Translations under genes and position numbers: made by a program
The notes under the pieces: model-generated
The model's database searches: none
Told to the model about the DNA's origin: nothing
What the model saw: the letters and a program-made list of their open reading frames with translations, nothing else
NCBI RefSeq assembly: GCF_965656025.1
Contig: NZ_CBFHJT010000002.1
Coordinates: forward strand, 11,936-75,935
DNA length: 64,000 nucleotides
Reading direction: 5' to 3'
Source of the DNA: Polaribacter sp.
GTDB taxonomy: Bacteria; Bacteroidota; Bacteroidia; Flavobacteriales; Flavobacteriaceae
Shown: piece after piece, positions 40,805-50,611 of the stretch
Position numbering within the stretch: the first letter of the stretch is position 1
Layout of the letters: each line of letters starts with the position of its first letter

Positions 40805-42442
40805 TTATTTTTTATTGTAGTGTTTAATTAGTTTTTTTAATTCTCTTTTACGTATTTTAATTCTACTATTTTTTCTTAAATCTGCAATCCATTTTTCTTC
40901 TAAATAGTTTTGGTAATCGTTCATTATCTCACCTTTATTATCTTCTAATTTCTTAGAATTATAGTTAGCTTTATTTTTTTCGAAATAATTTTTTAACCCT
41001 AACGTATCTTTTGAAGATTTATTCCAAATTTTTTCTTGCATTAACTCAAACAATAACAAACCATCTTCATATTCTTTTAAGGTATACGCGTATTCAGGCT
41101 CTGTGTTTACTAAGTTTTTTTTGTAATATGTTAAAATTTCTTGATTTTTAAACATATCAAACAAAGTAAAAACAGGTTTGTGTCTTCTATTTCTAATGTA
41201 ATCTATAAACGCTTCTTGTTTTATTTTTTTATTGTTGATAGAAAACAATGTTTCTTGCAAAGAATCTTTAGGAATGGCCCTAATATTTTTTTTATCTAAT
41301 ATTTTTTTAGCAGATTCGTTTTCTACAATTTTGTATGTCTTTTTTAACTTATTAATTACAGCTGTTTCAGACATCTGCATTCTAGCGCTATTTTTAATTT
41401 TTTTTCTTAGCTCTTTTTCTAACTCATTAAAAGACTTTATTGGATGCTTTTTTATCAACTTTACAATATGCCAACCAAAACGAGTTTTAAAAGGTTTAGA
41501 AAACGAACCCTCATTTTGTAAAGAAAAAGCAGCATCTTCAAAAGGTTTTACCATTCTTCCTGTACCAAACTTACCTAATTTACCTCCTCTATTTTTAGAG
41601 CCTCTATCTTCTGAATATTGTTTAGCCAGTTCTTCGAAATTATTATTTATAATTAGTTTATCGTAAACTTCAAATATTTTCTTTTTACCAACATTGGTGG
41701 TGTCTAAAATTAAAATGTGTGCTGCTTCTATTTCTCCTTCAGAAGGTTTTAAATCATCAACTTTAACAATATGATACCCAAACTGCGTTCTAAATGGTTT
41801 TGACACCTGACCAACTTTTGTATTATAAGCAGCGTCTTCAAAAGGTGCTACCATTTTAAAAGCATCAAAATACCCCAAGTTTCCTTTGTTTCCTTTTCTA
41901 CCATTTTTTTCGTTATCTCTGGCAGAATTATCTTCGGAAGTTTCTTCTGCTACTTTTTCAAAATCTTCGCCAGCAACTATTCTGTTTCTAATTTTTACAA
42001 TTTTATTATAAGCTTCTAGAGTATCTTTTGGTCTGGCATCTCTTGCAGTTCTAATTAAAATATGCTTAGCTTTTACTTTATTTTTTGTTCTAAAATAAAT
42101 GTCTTTTACCATTTTATCAATAAAAGTGGTGTCTTGTAAATAAGGCGCTGCTAACTGATTTTTATAGGTTTCTATTTCTCTTTTATATGAAGGTAATGTA
42201 TCTAATTTTAGTTGATAAGCTTGCTTTACTTTTAACTTATAGTTGATAAACAATTCTAAGTTTTTAGTTACATCTTTTGCTTCTTCATTGTCAATAGCAT
42301 CTAAATTTTTTTCGTAGACTCTTTTAAATTCAGCAACTGTGGTTTTGTCTCCATCAATGGTTACTAAGGTTTTAGATTTTTTTTGAGAAAAAACACTAAT
42401 AGATATTAATAAAGTACAAATAGATAAAATTCTAATTTTCAT
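40805..42442 (-). CDS. Parvulin peptidyl-prolyl isomerase (two rotamase domains)
   Basis: Two HILI..F..A..SED..G.LG.F...MV.PFEDAA..T.FG.HIVK repeats. Confidence 0.9.
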   Translation of the reverse strand: MKIRILSICTLLISISVFSQKKSKTLVTIDGDKTTVAEFKRVYEKNLDAIDNEEAKDVTKNLELFINYKLKVKQAYQLKLDTLPSYKREIETYKNQLAAPYLQDTTFIDKMVKDIYFRTKNKVKAKHILIRTARDARPKDTLEAYNKIVKIRNRIVAGEDFEKVAEETSEDNSARDNEKNGRKGNKGNLGYFDAFKMVAPFEDAAYNTKVGQVSKPFRTQFGYHIVKVDDLKPSEGEIEAAHILILDTTNVGKKKIFEVYDKLIINNNFEELAKQYSEDRGSKNRGGKLGKFGTGRMVKPFEDAAFSLQNEGSFSKPFKTRFGWHIVKLIKKHPIKSFNELEKELRKKIKNSARMQMSETAVINKLKKTYKIVENESAKKILDKKNIRAIPKDSLQETLFSINNKKIKQEAFIDYIRNRRHKPVFTLFDMFKNQEILTYYKKNLVNTEPEYAYTLKEYEDGLLLFELMQEKIWNKSSKDTLGLKNYFEKNKANYNSKKLEDNKGEIMNDYQNYLEEKWIADLRKNSRIKIRKRELKKLIKHYNKK

Positions 42443-42454
42443 AAGATTTAATAA

Positions 42455-42736
42455 TTATAAAGATATGATTCCTTTTATTTTTTCAGCTTTTTTGTAATAT
42501 GAAATAACGGCATCTGAATTTTTTAACTTTAAGATGATCGAAACACTTACATATTTACCTGTTTTAGATTTTTTTGTTTTTATTACTGCACCAGTATTAT
42601 CAAATAAATCTTCTACCTCAGCAACCTGATTTTCTGTTGTTGGCACTATAAATTTGTACAAATAATCTGCAGGAAACTTTGTGGTGTCTTCTAATTGTAC
42701 TTTTAATTTGCTATAAAATTCGTCTTTATTACTCAT
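42455..42736 (-). CDS. DUF493 family protein
   Basis: FP.DYLYKFIV, SKTGKYVSVS, GIISL. Confidence 0.85.
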   Translation of the reverse strand: MSNKDEFYSKLKVQLEDTTKFPADYLYKFIVPTTENQVAEVEDLFDNTGAVIKTKKSKTGKYVSVSIILKLKNSDAVISYYKKAEKIKGIISL

Positions 42737-42833
42737 ATTAACTATTAAAATTTTTATAAACTATTTACAAATAGCAGGTCACAAAATTACATTAAAAATT
42801 AGTTTTATAAAGGGAATGATTTATTTTTGTAAC

Positions 42834-43373
42834 ATGCAGCAAAAAATTGTGCTTATTGGTGGCCCAGGAACGGGTAAAACAACCGTAATAAATAATCTTA
42901 CGAAACGAGGTTTTAATTGTATGCCAGAAATATCTAGAGAGGTTACTTTAGAGGCACAACAAAAAGGAATAGAACAACTTTTTTTAACAGAACCATTATT
43001 ATTTAGTGAAATGCTTTTAGAAGGTAGAATAAAACAACATAAAAAAGCATCTGAACTACATAGCAATATTGTTTTTTTTGATAGAGGGATACCTGATGTT
43101 TTTGCTTATATGGATTATTACAATACCAATTATCCTGATAAATTTAAAGAAAAGAGTAACACCTTTACTTATTCTAAAATTTTTCATTTTGCACCTTGGA
43201 AAGAAATACACACTACAGATAACGAGCGTTACGAAACTTTTGAAGAAGCTGTAAAAATTGATAGTTTTTTAACCAAAGCATACAAAGAGTTAGGGTATCA
43301 ATTAATTAATGTTCCTTTTGGGAGTATTGAAAAACGTACTAATTTCATTCTTAATTCGCTTTCTGGCGAATGA
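42834..43373 (+). CDS. AAA_28 / NadR-like P-loop ATPase
   Basis: GGPGTGKTT, FFDRGIPD, D.ERYE; start may be 42816 or 42834. Confidence 0.8.
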   Translation: MQQKIVLIGGPGTGKTTVINNLTKRGFNCMPEISREVTLEAQQKGIEQLFLTEPLLFSEMLLEGRIKQHKKASELHSNIVFFDRGIPDVFAYMDYYNTNYPDKFKEKSNTFTYSKIFHFAPWKEIHTTDNERYETFEEAVKIDSFLTKAYKELGYQLINVPFGSIEKRTNFILNSLSGE

Positions 43374-45265
43374 GTTTTCATTTAGAAAAAATATTAGAAA
43401 AAAACTGGGGACATCGTACTTTTAGAGCTCCTCAAAAAGAAATAATAACTGCTGTTTTAGACCAAAAAGATGTTATTGTTTTATTACCAACAGGTGGTGG
43501 TAAATCTATTTGTTTTCAAATACCAGCTTTGGTTAAAGATGGAGTTTGCATTGTTATTTCTCCACTCATTGCGTTAATGCAAAATCAGGTCGAAAATTTA
43601 AAGAAACGCCACATTAAAGCGGTTACCATTCCTTCTGGTAGTAATCAAAATGATATTATTGCTATTTTTGATGCAATCAAATTTGGGAACGTAAAGTTTT
43701 TATACATTTCTCCAGAAAGATTGCAGTCTCGTTTAATCCAACAAAAAATAAAAGAATTAAATGTTAATTTAGTTGCCATAGATGAGGCACATTGTATTTC
43801 TGAATGGGGCCACGATTTTAGACCGTCTTATAGAAATATAGCGATACTAAAAGAACAATTAGAAAATGTAAATTTTATAGCATTAACAGCTACAGCCAAT
43901 AAAAAGGTTTTAGAAGATATTGCAAATAATTTACAACTAAACAATCCTGTTACTTTTAAAAAATCATTCTACAGAGAAAATTTAGCTTATCAAATTTTTA
44001 AGATAGAAGACAAATTAGAACGGTTAAAACAGATTTTTTACAAAACAAAAACGCCAGCTATTGTTTATGTAAACTCAAGAAAAAAAACGGTAGAATTGTC
44101 TAATTTCTTAAACGCAAACCAGTATAAAAGTTCGTATTATCATGCAGGTTTAACAGCGCTAGAAAAACAAACTGCTTTTAACAATTGGCTTTTAGAAAAA
44201 ACACCCATTATTGTAGCTACAAATGCATTTGGTATGGGTATAGACAAAGCCAATGTTGGTTTGGTAATACATTTTACCTTACCAAGTAATATAGAAAATT
44301 ATATACAAGAAACAGGAAGAGCTGGTAGAAATGGCAAAAAAGCTTTTGGCGTTCTATTATATAATGAAAATGATATTTTACTGCATAAAGAACAAACAAC
44401 AAATAGCATACCTTCTATTTCAGAAATTAAAGAAATACATCAAAAATTATATCAAAATTTTAGAATTGCTAAAGGCGAACTTACAGAAACTGTCTACGAA
44501 TTTAATTTTCAGGAATTTTGTAAAAAATATAAATTTCATCACTTAAAAACAGCAACTACCCTTAATTTATTATCAAATTATGGGATTATCGAACTAGAAA
44601 ATAATTTTCAAAATAAATCTACATTAACTTTTGTAGGCAGTCATAAAAGTATTTTAAACTTTACCCATCAAAACAAGAAATTAAAAGAATTTGTACATAT
44701 TGTTTTAAGAACTTATGGAGGTCTCTTTGAAAATGAAATAAAAATTAATGAGTTTTTATTGGCTAAAAAAGCAGGCATTACATCTCTACAAGTAATAAAA
44801 AATTTAAAAGATTTAGACACTTTAGGTTTGGTAGCATACCATGCTGTAACTTCTGATACTTTATTAAGCTTTTTAGTACCCAGAGAAGATGACAGAGCAA
44901 TTAACAGGTATGCTAAGCAAATGCAACATTTTTTAGCGCAAAAAAAAGAAAAAGCCAACGATTTTGTAGACTTTATTACCAATCACAAAACTTGTAGAAG
45001 CATACAAATATTGGCGTATTTTAATGAAAAATCAACAATTAATTGTGGTATTTGCGATGTATGTATTTCCAACAAAAAAATGAATTTAAAAGATATTTCA
45101 ACCCAAATAATAAATCTTCTTGCAAAAGAAGCAACATTATCTTCTAAAGAAATTAGTAACCATTTACAAATTGCAGAAAAAGACATTTTAATACATTTGC
45201 AATTATTATTATCTAACGATAAAATCCAAATAAATTTCCAAAACAAATATCATCTAAAAAAATAA
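43370..45265 (+). CDS. recQ: RecQ family ATP-dependent DNA helicase
   Basis: PTGGGKSICFQ, DEAHCISEWGHDFRP, QETGRAGRNG, Zn-binding CR...CGICDVC. Confidence 0.92.
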   Translation: MSFHLEKILEKNWGHRTFRAPQKEIITAVLDQKDVIVLLPTGGGKSICFQIPALVKDGVCIVISPLIALMQNQVENLKKRHIKAVTIPSGSNQNDIIAIFDAIKFGNVKFLYISPERLQSRLIQQKIKELNVNLVAIDEAHCISEWGHDFRPSYRNIAILKEQLENVNFIALTATANKKVLEDIANNLQLNNPVTFKKSFYRENLAYQIFKIEDKLERLKQIFYKTKTPAIVYVNSRKKTVELSNFLNANQYKSSYYHAGLTALEKQTAFNNWLLEKTPIIVATNAFGMGIDKANVGLVIHFTLPSNIENYIQETGRAGRNGKKAFGVLLYNENDILLHKEQTTNSIPSISEIKEIHQKLYQNFRIAKGELTETVYEFNFQEFCKKYKFHHLKTATTLNLLSNYGIIELENNFQNKSTLTFVGSHKSILNFTHQNKKLKEFVHIVLRTYGGLFENEIKINEFLLAKKAGITSLQVIKNLKDLDTLGLVAYHAVTSDTLLSFLVPREDDRAINRYAKQMQHFLAQKKEKANDFVDFITNHKTCRSIQILAYFNEKSTINCGICDVCISNKKMNLKDISTQIINLLAKEATLSSKEISNHLQIAEKDILIHLQLLLSNDKIQINFQNKYHLKK

Positions 45266-45267
45266 TT

Positions 45268-46212
45268 ATGAAAGATTTACGTATCATTTTTATGGGTACA
45301 CCCGATTTTGCTGTAGCCATACTAAAACACTTAGTAGACAATAATTATAATGTAGTAGGTGTTATTACTGCACCAGATAAACCTGCAGGAAGAGGAAGAA
45401 AATTAAATGAACCTGCAGTAAAAAAGTTTGCTTTAAAAGAGCATTTACCCATTTTACAACCCACTAATTTAAAAAACGAAGATTTTTTACAAGATTTAAA
45501 AAATTTGAATGCAAACTTACAAATAGTAGTTGCGTTTAGAATGTTACCAGAAGTTGTTTGGCAAATGCCAGAATTTGGTACATTTAATCTACATGCATCT
45601 TTGTTACCAGAATATAGAGGTGCAGCACCTATACATTGGGCAATTATTAATGGTGAAACTAAAACTGGTGTTACCACTTTTTTTATTGATGATAAAATTG
45701 ATACTGGAGAAATTTTATTACAAGAATCTATTGTTATATTAAATACAGAAACTGTAGGTACTTTGCATGATAAGTTGATGTTATTAGGTGCAAAATTAGT
45801 TGCTAAAACTGTAGACTATATAAAAAATGGTAAGGTAAACACAGAAAAACAGCCAGCTTTAGAACAAAAATCTGCACCAAAACTTAATTCTGAAAACACA
45901 AAAATAGATTGGTCTGACAGTTTAGAAAATATTTATAATAAAATTAGAGGTTTAAACCCTTTTCCTTCAGCTTGGTCTGTTATTTATAATAATGACGAAG
46001 AAATTACAGTAAAATTATATGCCGTACAAAAAGAAGAAGCTACTCATAATTATAATATAGGTAAAATTATAGCCACCAAAAAAGAACTAAAAGTTGCGGT
46101 ACCTAAAGGATACATTATTCTAGAAGAAATTAAGCTTTCTGGTAAGAAAAAAATGGATGCAAAAAGTTTACTAAATGGCTATTCTTTTTCTGTTGATGCC
46201 AAAATGTTGTAA
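45268..46212 (+). CDS. fmt: Methionyl-tRNA formyltransferase
   Basis: FMGTPDFA, PDKPAGRG, NLHASLLP.YRGAAPI. Confidence 0.96.
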   Translation: MKDLRIIFMGTPDFAVAILKHLVDNNYNVVGVITAPDKPAGRGRKLNEPAVKKFALKEHLPILQPTNLKNEDFLQDLKNLNANLQIVVAFRMLPEVVWQMPEFGTFNLHASLLPEYRGAAPIHWAIINGETKTGVTTFFIDDKIDTGEILLQESIVILNTETVGTLHDKLMLLGAKLVAKTVDYIKNGKVNTEKQPALEQKSAPKLNSENTKIDWSDSLENIYNKIRGLNPFPSAWSVIYNNDEEITVKLYAVQKEEATHNYNIGKIIATKKELKVAVPKGYIILEEIKLSGKKKMDAKSLLNGYSFSVDAKML

Positions 46213-46316
46213 AGCCTTTATTGATAAGGTTTTTAGCGTTTTTGGTTTTTCAAAGTAAGGTTTATTAACAATTCACATACTTTTATTAACAAAAAGCCTG
46301 TTTTTTAGGGGGGTAA

Positions 46317-46347
46317 TTTGCGTAAACCCACAATCCGTCTATATTTG
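46317..46347 (+). promoter_or_regulatory. Bacteroidetes housekeeping promoter of HU
   Basis: TTTG (46317-46320) - N19 - TATATTTG (46340-46347) matches the -33/-7 consensus. Confidence 0.8.
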
Positions 46348-46399
46348 TTAAGCTATTAAGCAACAAAATATTTATTAAACAATTTAAAATTTATTTATT

Positions 46400-46672
46400 A
46401 TGAACAAATCAGATTTAATCGACGCAATGGCTGCTGACGCAGGAATTTCTAAAGTAGCAGCAAAAGCAGCTTTAGAATCTTTTACAGGTAACGTAACTTC
46501 TTCATTAAAAAAAGGTGATAAAGTTGCTTTAGTTGGTTTTGGTACTTTCTCTGTATCTAACAGAGCTGCAAGAACTGGTAGAAATCCTCAAACAGGAAAA
46601 ACTATCCAAATTGCTGCTAAAAATGTAGCAAAATTCAAAGCTGGTGCTGGATTAAGCGATGCTGTAAACTAA
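46400..46672 (+). CDS. hup: DNA-binding protein HU
   Basis: [21 protein letters not shown]. Confidence 0.96.
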   Translation: MNKSDLIDAMAADAGISKVAAKAALESFTGNVTSSLKKGDKVALVGFGTFSVSNRAARTGRNPQTGKTIQIAAKNVAKFKAGAGLSDAVN

Positions 46673-46694
46673 TCTTTTTAGTTTCAGACAATAT

Positions 46695-46725
46695 AAAAAC
46701 TCTCTTTTTAAAGAGAGTTTTTTTT
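46695..46725 (+). terminator. Terminator after HU
   Basis: aaaaactctcttt..aaagagagttttt followed by a T-tract. Confidence 0.85.
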
Positions 46726-46761
46726 ATTTTAAATTTTTCATATATTTAAAAAACAAAACAA

Positions 46762-47319
46762 ATGTGTATGCTAAAACCTAAAAAAGGCAGATTATTGGTG
46801 GCAGAACCCTCTATTTTAAATGATGATGCTTTTAATAGAGCAATAGTTCTTTTAACAGAACACACAGAAAATAATTCGGTGGGTTTTATTTTAAACAAAC
46901 CTCTTTCTTACAGCATTAACGATTTGTTACCAGAAATAAACTGTTTTTTTAATATCTATCAAGGTGGCCCTGTAGAGCAAGACAATCTTTATTTTGTTCA
47001 TAGGATACCAGAATTATTAGATAATAGTATAGAGGTTGCTAATGGTGTTTTTTGGGGTGGTAATTTTAAACAACTAAAAAAAATATTAAACGAGGGTTTG
47101 TTAGAGGAATCTGACATTCGTTTTTTTCAGGGATATTCTGGTTGGGACAAAAACCAGTTAGAAACAGAATTAAATGAAAACTCTTGGTTTGTAGCAGAAA
47201 ACGATTTTGAAAATATTTTTTCTAATGATGAAGAAACACTTTGGAAAAACAAACTTCTTCAAAAAGGAGGCACCTACAAGTTATGGGCAAATGCGCCAAG
47301 CAACATCAACTTAAATTAA
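46762..47319 (+). CDS. YqgE/AlgH family protein
   Basis: LLVAEP, F.RA, GFILNKP, GGPV, GYSGW..QL..E. Confidence 0.9.
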   Translation: MCMLKPKKGRLLVAEPSILNDDAFNRAIVLLTEHTENNSVGFILNKPLSYSINDLLPEINCFFNIYQGGPVEQDNLYFVHRIPELLDNSIEVANGVFWGGNFKQLKKILNEGLLEESDIRFFQGYSGWDKNQLETELNENSWFVAENDFENIFSNDEETLWKNKLLQKGGTYKLWANAPSNINLN

Positions 47320-48153
47320 TTAGTTCCCTGCAATTTCTAATACTTTTAAATTTGCTGCTAATTTTTTGCTAAAATCAACCGTAAATGTTTTCTTTTTATA
47401 TTTTGTTACTGGTTGTATACCTATAATTGCATTGGTTATAAAAACTTCGTCTGCTTTTTGAATTTCAAAGGGAGATATTGCAGTTTCTTCTATGGTAAAT
47501 TCTTTATGTTTTGTTATAATTTCAACTACTTTTTTTCTAACAATCCCCTTTATGCAACCTTCTGCTAAAGCTGGTGTTTTAATAACATTATCTTTTATTA
47601 CAAAAATATTTCCATTAGTTACCTCTACGACTCCTTTTCTCTCGTTTAATAGAATACAATTATCTAAATCATTCTCATCTGCAAAAATACTTGCCAAAGT
47701 ATTTAGCATTCTGTTGTTGGTTTTTATGGTTGATAAAAGCCCTGAATAATTGTAAAAATCTTTAAAAACGTCTATATGATAACTGTCTTTAGACTGATAG
47801 TTGGTTTGAGAGACTTCTATTAAATAGTCAATTTTATTTGTTTCGGGTGTATAAAAACCACCATCTTTTCTAAACACATTTAAACGTACTCTAAAAGTAG
47901 TAGCATTGTCTAAAACTGCTGTTGTTTTTAAAATTTCAGCTTCTAAAAACTCTAAGGTAAATTCCATTGGAATTTTCATACGTAACATTCTCATAGAAGC
48001 CATTAATCTAAAATAATGATCTTCCCAAAAAATTATTTTATTGTTGGATACTTTTATAGTTTCAAAAATTCCATCACCGTATTTAAAACCCCTATTATTT
48101 GTAGTTAAATTTACATTTTCTTTAAACAATAACTCTCCGTTAAAATTAATCAT
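47320..48153 (-). CDS. Class IV aminotransferase (aminodeoxychorismate lyase-like)
   Basis: RGFKYGDGIFET, H..RL, KT, E....NIF, G..GI.R, ADEVFITN. Confidence 0.88.
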   Translation of the reverse strand: MINFNGELLFKENVNLTTNNRGFKYGDGIFETIKVSNNKIIFWEDHYFRLMASMRMLRMKIPMEFTLEFLEAEILKTTAVLDNATTFRVRLNVFRKDGGFYTPETNKIDYLIEVSQTNYQSKDSYHIDVFKDFYNYSGLLSTIKTNNRMLNTLASIFADENDLDNCILLNERKGVVEVTNGNIFVIKDNVIKTPALAEGCIKGIVRKKVVEIITKHKEFTIEETAISPFEIQKADEVFITNAIIGIQPVTKYKKKTFTVDFSKKLAANLKVLEIAGN

Positions 48154-48206
48154 TCTCCATTATTTTAAAAATGCAAAATTACTATAAATAGATAGATTTT
48201 AAGCAT

Positions 48207-48233
48207 AAAAAAACCAGCAATTCTACTGGTTTT
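48207..48233 (-). terminator. Terminator after the START-like gene
   Basis: aaaaccag..ctggtttt stem with A-tract. Confidence 0.6.
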
Positions 48234-48252
48234 AATTTTATATTTATTTGCT

Positions 48253-48636
48253 TTAAGCACCTATGGTATGCTTTAATTCGTCTATTTGATTTTCCCAAAG
48301 TTGTTTAGATTCCTCAACTTCATCTTCATCTTCTGCAAAATCTGTAACAATTAAAGATACATCTTTGGTTAATGAGTCTACTTGTATTCTAATTTCGAAA
48401 TAGCTTTCATCATCTTCGCTTTCTAACCACTTCCAACGAATTCTTTCATCAGACTTTTTTGAAATTAACTCTGCTTTCTCCTCAGTACCTTCCCAAATAA
48501 AACTAAATATTTTACCTCTAGAATTAACTTTATCTGCAAACCATTCTTGCAAATTAGAAGGAGAAGAAATATATTGATAAAGCATGTTTGGTGACGCGTG
48601 TACTGGTATTTCTATTTCAAATTTAACTTTTTCCAT
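48253..48636 (-). CDS. START-like (SRPBCC) domain protein
   Basis: ASP..LY.YIS.P..L.EWFAD.V, L.VTDF, LWENQI..LK..IG. Confidence 0.8.
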   Translation of the reverse strand: MEKVKFEIEIPVHASPNMLYQYISSPSNLQEWFADKVNSRGKIFSFIWEGTEEKAELISKKSDERIRWKWLESEDDESYFEIRIQVDSLTKDVSLIVTDFAEDEDEVEESKQLWENQIDELKHTIGA

Positions 48637-48721
48637 TATTGATATGTTAAGTTGACAAGATAGGTATTAATTCTATTTAAAAAAAATTAAAAACACTTGT
48701 TGCTTATCTCTAAAAAGTAAT

Positions 48722-48729
48722 TATATTTG
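48722..48729 (+). promoter_or_regulatory. -7 promoter element of tRNA-Met
   Basis: TATATTTG ending 16 nt upstream of the tRNA. Confidence 0.75.
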
Positions 48730-48744
48730 CACCCGCAAACCAAT

Positions 48745-48818
48745 GGCGAGGTAGCTCAGTTGGTTAGAGCGCAGGATTCATAACCCTGAGGTCGGCAGTT
48801 CAAATCTGCTCCTCGCTA
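48745..48818 (+). tRNA. tRNA-Met (CAT), probably elongator; CCA not encoded
   Basis: GGCGAGG/CCTCGCT acceptor stem, GCTC/GAGC D stem, anticodon CAT at 48779-48781, GGCAG-TTCAAAT-CTGCT T arm; G1-U72 is paired, so not initiator. Confidence 0.95.
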
Positions 48819-48840
48819 CAATTTTAAATCATTAAAAAAC

Positions 48841-48869
48841 AACAGTTTAGACCTCTAAACTGTTTTTTT
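48841..48869 (+). terminator. Terminator after tRNA-Met
   Basis: aacagtttag-acct-ctaaactgtt followed by a T-tract. Confidence 0.8.
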
Positions 48870-50333
48870 ATGCCTTCAATTTACGAATACATTACCCTAA
48901 ACATTGCAAATGAATACGATTTGGAATACGATTCGGAACACGATTCGATAATTTTAACTCAATTTTCAACACCCAAAATCTATATCGCAAATGGAGACTT
49001 ATCCAAACGTTGGTACGTTTATTATTCATATAGAAATCCAAAAACTGGAAAACTTGAACGAATGACAAACCTATATGGATAAGTAAACCAATACCATAAC
49101 AAAGAAGACAGAATAAGCATACTATCTTATTACAAAAAAAAATTATTGCATTTGTTAAAACAAGGCTTCAATCCTTTTGCAAAGAATAGCAAATTTTATG
49201 AGGAATTGAGAAATCCTGTTACTCAAAAAAAGAAAGAAAAACCCCAGAAAGAAAAAATTCTATTATCCACAATTAATATTAGCATTAAGGATGCAATAAA
49301 AGAAGCCATTAAAGAGAATACGATTCCTACACCTTTACAACAGAATCCAAACAAATTAACAAAAAGAGGCTCAAAAAACACAAAAAAAGCGGTGGCTATA
49401 GTTAAGACAGCTACTAAAAAGAAAAATCAAGAAGATATTCCTTACACTAAAGCATTTGATCTTGCATTAAGGTTAAAGGAAAAAGCTGTAAGCAGTAATA
49501 CTATAAAAGATTATAGAAGAAAAGTAAAACTATTTGTAGCATGGATGGAAAAAACACATCCAACAAAGAAAAATATACGAGAAATTTCCAGAAAAGATTT
49601 ATTAGATTATTTTAATGAAGTTTTACTAAAAACCAGTGCTAGAAATCGTAATAATTACAGAACAGAACTCGCTAGCATCTTTCAAGTATTAAAAAACAAC
49701 GAAATTGTTGATAAAAACCACATTCACTCGATTCCTGTTTTAAAGACCAAACCAGAGAGAAACAAAACCTATACTTTAAAAGAACAGCAAAATATTTTTG
49801 AATATCTAGAAAAAGAAGACCAACTTTTATTGCTATTCATAAAATTTGTTTCTTTTGGATTCATTAGACCCATTGAGGTTTGTAGATTGAAAATTAAAGA
49901 CATCAACTTAAAGACTAAGACTATTCAATTTAAGGCAAAAAACAGTACTTTAAAAACTAAAATGATCCCTAATATTTTGCTGAATGATTTACCTGACTTA
50001 TCTAAGTTAGACCAAGAGTCTTTTTTGTTTACTCCTCATAAAATAGGCGGGTTTTAGAACGCCAATGAAACTAACAGAAGAGATCACTTTTCAAAACGAT
50101 TTAGAAGTGTTGTAAAAGACCATTTTAAATTAAATCAAGATTATGGGGTTTATAGTTTTAGACATACTTTTATCTCAAAATTATATAGAAAACTTCGAGA
50201 AAAAACTTCTCCTTTTGAAGCTAAAAGTAATTTAATGCTTATTACAGGACATAGTTCCATGACTTCTTTAGAAAAGTATTTGAGAGAAATTGATGCTGAG
50301 TTGCCAGAAGATTATTCTAAATTGTTTAGGTAG
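48870..50333 (+). pseudogene. Tyrosine recombinase/integrase pseudogene with two in-frame stops
   Basis: One 488-codon frame broken by TAA (49080-82) and TAG (50055-57); catalytic motifs IRPIE, YSFRHTF, TGHSS, LEKYLR, the last three lying after the second stop. Confidence 0.9.
48912..48947 (+). repeat. 3 x 12-bp tandem repeat in the integrase 5' end
   Basis: gaatacgatttg / gaatacgattcg / gaacacgattcg. Confidence 0.85.
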
Positions 50334-50611
50334 AGAGTATGGAAATAAACATAAGTGAAATTATTTGAGATTAAACATTTCAAAATTACTCGATGCTCTA
50401 AATACAAAACTCTATCTATAAATTTCAATATACTCTAGAATATAATTATAAAACTGATAACGTTTATTTGTACTTAAAACAATCTTAACTGTTAAACGTC
50501 TAATTCTAAATTTATTAAAAACCCAATATAACTCCATGAAAAATTATAAGAGAAAAAGAGAAATAAAAAAATGCATTGTTTTAAATAATTTTAAAAATAA
50601 TAAATTAAAAG

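Noticed and set aside
34052-45265. Helicases/ATPases (RecD-like, AAA_28, RecQ, MoxR) as an anti-phage system
   Set aside because: They are interspersed with core genes (rsmD, fmt, hup), with no nuclease or effector partners; they look like housekeeping genes
48912-48947. CRISPR array
   Set aside because: 12-bp units without spacers, no cas genes; no CRISPR-like array was noticed anywhere in the window
49080-50057. Stop-codon readthrough or recoding of the integrase
   Set aside because: Two different stops (TAA, TAG), both used as normal terminators elsewhere in the window; no SECIS/pyl context; pseudogenisation is simpler
50334-50611. Additional island gene or attR between the integrase and the MFS gene
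   Set aside because: Only very short ORFs; no copy of the tRNA 3' end recognised by eye
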